64,000 bases of DNA from Eledone cirrhosa (Eukaryota): positions 205,530,001 to 205,594,000 of the forward strand of contig OZ024742.1 in the NCBI GenBank assembly GCA_964016885.1. The letters are read 5' to 3'. A program made the translations under genes and the position numbers. The first letter of the stretch is position 1. Each line of letters opens with the position of its first letter. Shown piece after piece: positions 1 through 13,278 of the stretch. Below the pieces are notes generated by a model. The model was not told where the DNA came from and searched no databases. It was given only the letters and a program-made list of their open reading frames with translations.

Positions 1-381
1 ATAACCGGCCTTTCGTACCCAGGAAAAAACTCCTCTTCGTCAGCAGCGGAAGCAGCTCCCTAAACTTCTTCCAACCTGTCCGTATTCTAGATACTATGGC
101 CTCAGAACACCCCCCTCCCATGCTAATCTGATCTCCTAGGTACCGGAAGCTATCCACCACTTCTATAGCACCCGCTTGCATTTGAAAAATGTGTCTATCA
201 ATGCGACGTCTACTGTCTAATTTCCCTGTACATCTACTGCATACGCATTTCTCCCTACCTGTTAGTTTACCTGCTATCCCACTACATCTCTTGTGTACCC
301 AGGATCTGCATTGTGTGCATTTTATAGAATTTATGCCAGTTCCTTTTCTGCATATCGAACATGGCCATTTCCCTGACGGAA
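1..381 (-). mobile_element. RTE-clade LINE fragment (family B; PHD-like finger/RT C-terminal region)
   Basis: Reverse complement closely matches 39210-39580; encodes GKWPCSICRKGTG..CTQCRSWVHKRCSG and DSFRYLGDQISMG. Confidence 0.85.
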
Positions 382-1916
382 TCACACTCAATTTTTTACA
401 CAGCTTTCGTCTTTTATGCACATCACTTGACCATACCAATGTAATCTTCTCTCAAGTAAACAGCAGCTGATCCCTCTTATTTCTAATTTCTCACTTAGTT
501 CATTTATGTTTAGCTGTTCGCGTATGTTACTATTACACATCCAACGGAGCATGCATGCTTTGTTCCTTTCCAGTCTGTGCAGGTCCTCTGCACACAATGC
601 CCATGTCTCACTGCCATGTATCATTGCCGTTTGTATACAGGTATCATACAATCTGACTTTCATTTTTAGAGAAACCTTTTGTGGCCAACATTGGTATATG
701 CTCTCTGAACTTTTTCCATCCTGTTCTAACACTGGCTACTGTACTTTCAGAGCACCCTCCACCACTGCTGATTTTGTCGCCCAGGTAACGGAAGGTGTCT
801 ACTATTTCTATAGATCCATCTGGGTAGTTGAAGGAGATATAGTGGGTCCTTGCTACTTACTGCACCTGAGCATTGGCCACATATAAAATCTACATTCTTA
901 GATAGCTTACCTGTGATCCCACTACATCTTTTATGAACCCATAGTTTGCATTTGGGACATAAAATGGAATTTCTACCTACACCTTTCCTACACACTAAGC
1001 ATGGCCATTTCCCAGAGGACACCTATACCCTATTTTCCTTTCTACATACTAGAACTTTAGTCTTAGACAAGTTAACTTTAAGGCCTTTTGATTTTAGGCC
1101 ATGCTTCCATGTTTGGAATTTCTTCTCTAGTTCAGCCATTGATTCAGCTATGAGAGTTAGATCATCTGTGTATAGAAGTTCCCATGGACAGCCTGCAGGG
1201 CAAAAATAAACAGGAGGGGGTTAAGGACAGGGCCTTGATGATCACCAACTTTTTCGCTATATTCATTGTTAATTCTAACCTTGCTGACTGTTTCTTTATA
1301 CATGGCTTGTATAGCTCTCACAAGCCATTCATCTACACCTAGTTTTCTAAGGCTCCACCAGATAATGGAGCGGGGGACTGTCAAAGGCTTTCTCCAAGTC
1401 AACAAAAGCTAAGTAGAGGGGTTTACTTTTAGCTAGGTACTTCTGTAGTTGTCGTACAAGGAAAAGAGCGCATGTGGTACTATTACCTGACACAAACCCA
1501 AACTGCATTTCATCTAGATCAATTCGCTCTCTGATTAGTTGCGCTATAACTCCTTCTGTGACCCTCATGACCTGGTCAACTAAATGCCTCTATAGTTTCC
1601 CCTATCTAGAGCATCTCTTTTACCCTTGTAGCAGTTAATGATGATGCTGCTACGCCAGTCATTTGGTATGACCCCATTCTGTATTACTGGGTTTACTATC
1701 CGGATGACCATAGTATGCCACACCATTCCAGATGCTTTCAACATCTTAGCAACTATCTCCGAAGGCCCAGCTGCCTTGCCTGTCTTCATATATTTGATTG
1801 CCTTACTTATTATACTACCATTAACTTGCACCGCTGGTTCCTCTATTGGATCGATTTGGGGCAGACTATCTTTTTCCCATTTATTCTCCTCATTTAGTAG
1901 TCTCTCGTAGTGACAC
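382..1916 (-). mobile_element. Decayed RTE-clade LINE (family A) RT region with frameshifts/deletions
   Basis: Minus ORFs 1580-1918, 1347-1568, 1157-1405, 747-1022, 388-732 are colinear with the 793-aa RT ORF at 22843-25224. Confidence 0.9.
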
Positions 1917-1923
1917 ATTTAAG

Positions 1924-1968
<45 letters not shown>

Positions 1969-1986
1969 AATATGTATATATATATA

Positions 1987-2178
1987 TGTATCAAGGAAAA
2001 CCGTGATATTGTTGGGGAGAAGTGTGTCCGTAATGATGGTGTACTTGCCCTCACTGATACTGATAAGAAGATAGCTTGGAAGTGTCACTAAATGAGGAGA
2101 ATAAATAGGAAAAAGATAGTCTGCCCCAAATTGATCCAATAGAGGGACCAGTGGTGCAAGTTAATGGTAGTATAATAG
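1987..2178 (+). mobile_element. RTE family A fragment, inverted relative to 1810-1916 across a (TA)n spacer
   Basis: Encodes CIKENRDIVGEKCVRNDGVLALTDTDKKIAWKCH; ORFs 1846+ and 2139- share FGADYLFPIYSPHLV. Confidence 0.85.
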
Positions 2179-2179
2179 A

Positions 2180-2716
2180 CATACTATAAAATTAACTTAC
2201 TCTTCCACCAAAAATTTAGCGCAAAATATTAATAGAATTAATAATAGAAATTTAAAACCTAACCAAAATACCAATAATAACCCAAGCAATATTCAATCGA
2301 ATAAATGTAACTGTAGAAATAAATCCAACTGTCCATTAAATAACAATTGCTTAGCTAAAAATGTAGTTTATAATTGTAATGTAAAAACTAATTTAAATTC
2401 TTTTAATTATGTCGGATCTACCTCCACAGAGTTTAAATCCCGCTTCAATAATCATAAAAATTCTTTTACAGATCCAAACAAAAAATCTTCAACTTCTCTA
2501 TCTAGCCTATTATGGGACCTAAAACGAGAAAATGTTGAATATTCGCTGATTTGGAATATTATTTCAAAAGCTACTCCTTTTAACTCCTCTTCAGAAAATT
2601 GCGATCTTTGTATAGAGGAAATATTCTTTATATTAAAGACCAAAAATTCCCTGAATTTAAGGAATAATTTATTCAGTTGCTGCAGACATAGATTGAACTC
2701 AACGTTTAAATATTAA
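2180..2716 (+). mobile_element. Penelope-like element (Naiad/Chlamys-type) GIY-YIG endonuclease fragment
   Basis: Manual translation, open frame without ATG: HTIKLTYSSTKN..CNCRNKSNCPLNNNCLAKNVVYNC..YVGSTSTEFKSRFNNHKNSF..CDLCIEE..LNLRNNLFSCCRHR..stop 2714-2716. Confidence 0.85.
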
Positions 2717-4153
2717 TATAAATTTAAAATGTAGTATATAATTAATTAATTAATTTGGTTAATATATGAAACCTGTCGATAAATCATTAGATTCCTTCAT
2801 CTTTTTCATTTTCTTTGGTTAAATACTCAAGTATAAATAAATTTTATTCCTAAATATAAATATAAATATAATAAACTATTCTAGAGAAATATATTGAGAG
2901 CTCTTGAAAGGAGAAAATATTTCCTATTTCTTATATTTTTTTATATTTTTTATTTATTTTTTATTATGATTATTTTTATTCTGAGAGCTTCTCATAATTT
3001 TCGAAAGTTTATCCTTTCAATATCTTCAGTAAAATATACGTAAGATAAATTTCTATACTAAATCTATTAAACATATTATTTTAACTTAAAATATTCTATA
3101 ATATTTTTAAATTGTTTTGTTTTTAAAGTTATATTGATATAATTATATTTCCAAATTGTAATATAATCCTTTTGTATTTTATGTACTCAATTATACTATG
3201 TACTATATTGATGTATACTTATCTCTATACGTGAGTATATATGTATATGTGTATATTGACATACATATACATGTGTTATATGCATTTTTATGAATATGTC
3301 TGTCTGTATGTGTGCATGCATGACGCGTGTCTACCAATTGGCTGAGGATGCACACACATGTATATGTATATATATGTATATGTAAGAATTGTGTGTGTGC
3401 ATGTGCATGTATATCCATACAATTTGATTGCAGATAGACATAACTAACAACCATAAATGTATAGCAGCTAATCTTATATATTTATATATATATATATAAA
3501 AAAATTTTATTTAATAACACAAAGGATGTATAACATTAAATAAAAAAAAATCATTTATGCTTTGTATGTATATATTATATACGGGGGTAGATATGGTGTG
3601 TATTTTGTGAGTGTGTGTATATATATATTTGTGTATTTTTGCTCGTGTGTACGTGTTATATGATATGTAGTTCTCTAGCAATATATAGATTTCTTAATGT
3701 TTAAATTCCAATTTTTAATATATTGATCTCAATTTTTAAACTAAATATCTAATCATAGTTAAACAATGATTAATTTCTCATATTATATATGTATATTCCA
3801 TTCATGAATATTAATATTTTTCATTTTATTTATTCATTTCATCTCAATTGTTAACTTAACTTAATATGACATGACTTAAGGTTTTCGTTATCTCCCCCTC
3901 TCTCTATCTCTATATTTTTCTCTCTCTTTTTTTCTCTCTGTCTGGTGTTTTGATATCTCTCATTTTTCTCTTTTTTTCTTTTTTCTTGTTTTCTTTCTTT
4001 CTCCCTTTTCTCTCTCTCCATCTGTTTCCTTCTCTGTAACACAACGACTTACTAATATAAGTAAACAACTCCACTATCCCGGAGTGTTCCAAAAGTAATA
4101 GTTGCATTTTGTAAGGGTATGTCAATATTTATTTATAAAACTGGTATATATTG

Positions 4154-4218
4154 TATTTTGTCTGATGAAAGCATACCATAATTTAACATGGTATCCTTGA
4201 AATATGTATAGTAAAATA
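4154..4218 (+). ncRNA. Degenerate minimal type I hammerhead ribozyme (PLE pLTR family also at 54.7-54.9 kb)
   Basis: tattttgt-CTGATGA-aagcatacca..tggtatcctt-GAAA-tatgta-TA-gtaaaata; downstream flank matches reverse complement of 54590-54690. Confidence 0.7.
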
Positions 4219-4349
4219 GATATGGTTTTATAAATATAGTTTCCATTTGTTAATATCGTATGTTTACTCCAAATACTTGTTCAGTGCTTTATATCAGTTA
4301 TAAAAATATTTGCTTGTTGTATCCCAACAATTTAAATAGAACTTTTGCA

Positions 4350-4370
4350 TATAAATATATATATATATAA

Positions 4371-4427
<57 letters not shown>

Positions 4428-4592
4428 AATATATAAATATATATATATATATAAATATATATATATATAAATATATATATATAAATATATATATATAAAT
4501 ATATATAAATATATATATATAAATATATAAATATATATATATATAAATATATATATATAAATATAAATAAATATATATATATATAAATATAT

Positions 4593-4637
<45 letters not shown>

Positions 4638-4644
4638 TATATAT
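4350..4644. repeat. (TA)n microsatellite with TAAA interruptions
   Basis: Direct reading. Confidence 0.95.
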
Positions 4645-5550
4645 ATATTGTTATACTTTGGGAGGGTCATGTTGCCAATAAGAAACACACGCACCAGTTG
4701 TTTCACTTCAATTTAATTTAATATATATTTATAAATTTACAAATTTATAAATTTCTGGTTGGTTGGTTGGTTCCACAACCAGATAGTTGTTTATATATAT
4801 ATAGTCATAGTTCTTTCGTCACACACTCTGTGACCTCTTCAGTGACTGGGGATTTCTTTCTTCGTTTCTGTGCCTTTCCTTTCTTCTATCCTACGCCATT
4901 TTGTTTGTGTGTGGGTTGCGTGCTCAGTTTGCGCATGCGCCACATCCGGGTGTCTGTGTGTGTTTGTGTTCATTTTTCTATTTTTCTATTTATATTTGTT
5001 TGTTTATTTATTTATTTATTGTTGGTTGGTTGTTTGTTCTATGTGTGTGTGTGTTTTCATTTTGTCTTGTGTGTGTTTTCATTTTGTGTGTGTTTTCAAA
5101 ACACACACAAAATGAAAACACACACAAGACAAAATGAAAACACACACACACATAGAACAAACAACCAACCAACAATAAATAAATAAATAAACAAACAAAT
5201 ATAAATAGAAAAATAGAAAAATGAACACAAACACACACAGACACCCGGATGTGGCGCATGCGCAAACTGAGCACGCAACCCACACACAAACAAAATGGCG
5301 TAGGATAGAAGAAAGGAAAGGCACAGAAACGAAGAAAGAAATCCCCAGTCACTGAAGAGGTCACAGAGTGTGTGACGAAAGAACTATGACTATATATATA
5401 TAAACAACTATCTGGTTGTGGAACCAACCAACCAACCAGAAATTTATAAATTTGTAAATTTATAAATATATATTAAATTAAATTGAAGTGAAAGCAACTG
5501 GTGCGTGTGTTTCTTATTGGCAACATGACCCTCCCAAAGTATAACAATAT
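4645..5550. repeat. ~452-bp-arm near-perfect palindrome, 1-nt spacer at 5097
   Basis: Mirror ORFs 4767-5186(+) and 5008-5427(-); one 1-bp indel seen between arms; arm homologous to 54947-55305. Confidence 0.95.
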
Positions 5551-5604
5551 CGGTTTCAACACACGATTTCAGATAAAGAATCTTGCTAAACAAATTCAGA
5601 AACG

Positions 5605-5703
5605 ATATATATATATAAATATATATATAAATATATATATATAAATATATATATATAAATATATATATATATAAATATATATATATAAATATATATATAT
5701 ATA

Positions 5704-5739
<36 letters not shown>

Positions 5740-5771
5740 AATATATATATATATAAATATAAATATATATA

Positions 5772-5803
<32 letters not shown>

Positions 5804-5820
5804 AATATATATATATATAA

Positions 5821-5895
<75 letters not shown>

Positions 5896-5918
5896 GATAT
5901 AAATATATATATATTTAT

Positions 5919-5967
<49 letters not shown>

Positions 5968-5974
5968 AATATAA

Positions 5975-6004
<30 letters not shown>
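5605..6004. repeat. (TA)n microsatellite
   Basis: Direct reading. Confidence 0.95.
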
Positions 6005-6005
<1 letters not shown>

Positions 6006-6583
6006 CGTTGGTATGGACACGTGATGCGCATGAAAGTCGATAGCTGTATAACAAAGTGCAGGGCAATAAAGATAGACGGTAGCTACGGAATAGGCAGACC
6101 TAGAAAAACCTGGGACGAGCTGATAAACTCCGACCTCACACACTTACACCTCTCCAAGACAATGTCACTGGACCGAGACCTTTGGCGGTACTCAGTGACA
6201 GAGAAGACCAGCCTTGCCAGTAGGCATCTCTAACAAAATACACCCCGTCCCGCCACCACCCCCACCCCATCCACACCACCCCGTTCTATGTAAAGTTATG
6301 TTGGTGCCGCGCCATCCAGGCCGAAACAAATGAGATCGTGTAGGTGTCACGACAAAAAAACACACAGTCCACGCTGTAATGTGGCCGTGTAGGCAACACG
6401 GTAAAAACCTCCCAGACCCACACTGTAAATGCGGTTGGTGTTAGGAAGGGCATCCAACTGTAGAAAACCTGCCACACAGTCCTATGCGAGCAAGACAATC
6501 ACTCTTGCCTCAAGTGGGAATACCCCCGTCCAAACCCATGCAAGCGTGGAACACGGACGTTAAACGTTGATGATGATGATGAT
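6005..6583 (+). mobile_element. 5'-truncated RTE family A 3' end with (GAT)n tail, inside (TA)n
   Basis: ORF 6021-6233 ([10 protein letters not shown]...); near-identical to 51605-52193. Confidence 0.92.
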
Positions 6584-6697
6584 ATATATATAAATATATA
6601 AAGATATATATAAATAGCGAAGGAAAAGTGGTAAGGAACCAGGTGGACCATAACGCACCAAAGTACTCAATACTTAGGGTAGTAGAGTGGGTAATAG

Positions 6698-6880
6698 GAG
6701 TAAGTAAGACCCCGACTGCTGAGCTCAGGCCGTTTCGACGGCTAATTCTGTACTGAATGAGTAAGTAAGACCCCGACGGCTGAGCTCAAGCCGTTTCGAC
6801 GGCTAATTCTGTACTGAAATTCAGTACAGAATTAGCCGTCGAAACGGCTTGAGCTCAGCCGTCGGGGTCTTACTTACTCC
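6698..6880. repeat. 60-bp unit: two direct copies plus one inverted copy; contains the 3' half of a hammerhead
   Basis: 6760-6880 is a palindrome; unit reads agccgtc-GAAA-cggct-tgagctc-agccg-TC-ggggtc but lacks CTGANGA. Confidence 0.75.
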
Positions 6881-8847
<1,967 letters not shown>

Positions 8848-11800
8848 TAAACAATTAAGTTAAAAATGTACATCCACATATGTATACTGAAATACTAGTA
8901 TGCATATGAATACACACACGTGTACATATGTAGATGTACCGAGTTTTCACTGGTCACTTTACTGTGAGTGTCCAGCTATTCCGCATGTAGACACACAGAC
9001 AAACCGGTTCTTAGAGTCATACTGGTTTTTGAGGAAACACCTTTCCTCTATTCTCCAGAAAGCCAGACAAGGAATATTGGACTAGTTTCGATGTTGTTAC
9101 ATCTCATCAGCAATATTTACCTATCTTCCGGCTTCTCTAGAGAATCGTGAAAGCACATATCGTTATATGCTTTTTCTATGAAAATTAGTAGTGGGCAGAC
9201 CAATTTGCATAGAGCGTGAGTACGTACCGGTTCAACGGAGACGATAAAAACAAATAACGAAACGAAATTAAATTTCGTTTCGTTTGTAACTCACTTTTGT
9301 ATGACTGACGCTTAAACAATTAAGTTAAAAATGTACATCCACATATGTATACTGAAATACTAGTATGCATATGAATACACACACGTGTACATATGTAGAT
9401 GTACCGAGTTTTCACTGGTCACTTTACTGTGAGTGTCCAGCTATTCCGCATGTAGACACACAGACAAACCGGTTCTTAGAGTCATACTGGTTTTTGAGGA
9501 AACACCTTTCCTCTATTCTCCAGAAAGCCAGACAAGGAATATTGGACTAGTTTCGATGTTGTTACATCTCATCAGCAATATTTACCTATCTTCCGGCTTC
9601 TCTAGAGAATCGTGAAAGCACATATCGTTATATGCTTTTTCTATGAAAATTAGTAGTGGGCAGACCAATTTGCATAGAGCGTGAGTACGTACCGGTTCAA
9701 CGGAGACGATAAAAACAAATAACGAAACGAAATTAAATTTCGTTTCGTTTGTAACTCACTTTTGTATGACTGACGCTTAAACAATTAAGTTAAAAATGTA
9801 CATCCACATATGTATACTGAAATACTAGTATGCATATGAATACACACACGTGTACATATGTAGATGTACCGAGTTTTCACTGGTCACTTTACTGTGAGTG
9901 TCCAGCTATTCCGCATGTAGACACACAGACAAACCGGTTCTTAGAGTCATACTGGTTTTTGAGGAAACACCTTTCCTCTATTCTCCAGAAAGCCAGACAA
10001 GGAATATTGGACTAGTTTCGATGTTGTTACATCTCATCAGCAATATTTACCTATCTTCCGGCTTCTCTAGAGAATCGTGAAAGCACATATCGTTATATGC
10101 TTTTTCTATGAAAATTAGTAGTGGGCAGACCAATTTGCATAGAGCGTGAGTACGTACCGGTTCAACGGAGACGATAAAAACAAATAACGAAACGAAATTA
10201 AATTTCGTTTCGTTTGTAACTCACTTTTGTATGACTGACGCTTAAACAATTAAGTTAAAAATGTACATCCACATATGTATACTGAAATACTAGTATGCAT
10301 ATGAATACACACACGTGTACATATGTAGATGTACCGAGTTTTCACTGGTCACTTTACTGTGAGTGTCCAGCTATTCCGCATGTAGACACACAGACAAACC
10401 GGTTCTTAGAGTCATACTGGTTTTTGAGGAAACACCTTTCCTCTATTCTCCAGAAAGCCAGACAAGGAATATTGGACTAGTTTCGATGTTGTTACATCTC
10501 ATCAGCAATATTTACCTATCTTCCGGCTTCTCTAGAGAATCGTGAAAGCACATATCGTTATATGCTTTTTCTATGAAAATTAGTAGTGGGCAGACCAATT
10601 TGCATAGAGCGTGAGTACGTACCGGTTCAACGGAGACGATAAAAACAAATAACGAAACGAAATTAAATTTCGTTTCGTTTGTAACTCACTTTTGTATGAC
10701 TGACGCTTAAACAATTAAGTTAAAAATGTACATCCACATATGTATACTGAAATACTAGTATGCATATGAATACACACACGTGTACATATGTAGATGTACC
10801 GAGTTTTCACTGGTCACTTTACTGTGAGTGTCCAGCTATTCCGCATGTAGACACACAGACAAACCGGTTCTTAGAGTCATACTGGTTTTTGAGGAAACAC
10901 CTTTCCTCTATTCTCCAGAAAGCCAGACAAGGAATATTGGACTAGTTTCGATGTTGTTACATCTCATCAGCAATATTTACCTATCTTCCGGCTTCTCTAG
11001 AGAATCGTGAAAGCACATATCGTTATATGCTTTTTCTATGAAAATTAGTAGTGGGCAGACCAATTTGCATAGAGCGTGAGTACGTACCGGTTCAACGGAG
11101 ACGATAAAAACAAATAACGAAACGAAATTAAATTTCGTTTCGTTTGTAACTCACTTTTGTATGACTGACGCTTAAACAATTAAGTTAAAAATGTACATCC
11201 ACATATGTATACTGAAATACTAGTATGCATATGAATACACACACGTGTACATATGTAGATGTACCGAGTTTTCACTGGTCACTTTACTGTGAGTGTCCAG
11301 CTATTCCGCATGTAGACACACAGACAAACCGGTTCTTAGAGTCATACTGGTTTTTGAGGAAACACCTTTCCTCTATTCTCCAGAAAGCCAGACAAGGAAT
11401 ATTGGACTAGTTTCGATGTTGTTACATCTCATCAGCAATATTTACCTATCTTCCGGCTTCTCTAGAGAATCGTGAAAGCACATATCGTTATATGCTTTTT
11501 CTATGAAAATTAGTAGTGGGCAGACCAATTTGCATAGAGCGTGAGTACGTACCGGTTCAACGGAGACGATAAAAACAAATAACGAAACGAAATTAAATTT
11601 CGTTTCGTTTGTAACTCACTTTTGTATGACTGACGCTTAAACAATTAAGTTAAAAATGTACATCCACATATGTATACTGAAATACTAGTATGCATATGAA
11701 TACACACACGTGTACATATGTAGATGTACCGAGTTTTCACTGGTCACTTTACTGTGAGTGTCCAGCTATTCCGCATGTAGACACACAGACAAACCGGTTC

Positions 11801-13278
11801 TTAGAGTCATACTGGTTTTTGAGGAAACACCTTTCCTCTATTCTCCAGAAAGCCAGACAAGGAATATTGGACTAGTTTCGATGTTGTTACATCTCATCAG
11901 CAATATTTACCTATCTTCCGGCTTCTCTAGAGAATCGTGAAAGCACATATCGTTATATGCTTTTTCTATGAAAATTAGTAGTGGGCAGACCAATTTGCAT
12001 AGAGCGTGAGTACGTACCGGTTCAACGGAGACGATAAAAACAAATAACGAAACGAAATTAAATTTCGTTTCGTTTGTAACTCACTTTTGTATGACTGACG
12101 CTTAAACAATTAAGTTAAAAATGTACATCCACATATGTATACTGAAATACTAGTATGCATATGAATACACACACGTGTACATATGTAGATGTACCGAGTT
12201 TTCACTGGTCACTTTACTGTGAGTGTCCAGCTATTCCGCATGTAGACACACAGACAAACCGGTTCTTAGAGTCATACTGGTTTTTGAGGAAACACCTTTC
12301 CTCTATTCTCCAGAAAGCCAGACAAGGAATATTGGACTAGTTTCGATGTTGTTACATCTCATCAGCAATATTTACCTATCTTCCGGCTTCTCTAGAGAAT
12401 CGTGAAAGCACATATCGTTATATGCTTTTTCTATGAAAATTAGTAGTGGGCAGACCAATTTGCATAGAGCGTGAGTACGTACCGGTTCAACGGAGACGAT
12501 AAAAACAAATAACGAAACGAAATTAAATTTCGTTTCGTTTGTAACTCACTTTTGTATGACTGACGCTTAAACAATTAAGTTAAAAATGTACATCCACATA
12601 TGTATACTGAAATACTAGTATGCATATGAATACACACACGTGTACATATGTAGATGTACCGAGTTTTCACTGGTCACTTTACTGTGAGTGTCCAGCTATT
12701 CCGCATGTAGACACACAGACAAACCGGTTCTTAGAGTCATACTGGTTTTTGAGGAAACACCTTTCCTCTATTCTCCAGAAAGCCAGACAAGGAATATTGG
12801 ACTAGTTTCGATGTTGTTACATCTCATCAGCAATATTTACCTATCTTCCGGCTTCTCTAGAGAATCGTGAAAGCACATATCGTTATATGCTTTTTCTATG
12901 AAAATTAGTAGTGGGCAGACCAATTTGCATAGAGCGTGAGTACGTACCGGTTCAACGGAGACGATAAAAACAAATAACGAAACGAAATTAAATTTCGTTT
13001 CGTTTGTAACTCACTTTTGTATGACTGACGCTTAAACAATTAAGTTAAAAATGTACATCCACATATGTATACTGAAATACTAGTATGCATATGAATACAC
13101 ACACGTGTACATATGTAGATGTACCGAGTTTTCACTGGTCACTTTACTGTGAGTGTCCAGCTATTCCGCATGTAGACACACAGACAAACCGGTTCTTAGA
13201 GTCATACTGGTTTTTGAGGAAACACCTTTCCTCTATTCTCCAGAAAGCCAGACAAGGAATATTGGACTAGTTTCGATG
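8848..13278 (-). repeat. Left arm of 465-bp hammerhead-containing tandem array (~9.5 units; ribozymes on minus strand)
   Basis: Exact 465-bp period (ORF starts 8900, 9365 ... 13085); reverse-complement HHR at 9073-9117 +465k (9 complete, 1 truncated at junction). Confidence 0.97.

Noticed and set aside
9304-9335. Opposite-polarity second ribozyme (ctgacg-cttaa-acaa-ttaag-ttaaaa)
   Set aside because: Hairpin present but no CUGANGA/GAAA core, so no evidence for an ambisense viroid-like pair
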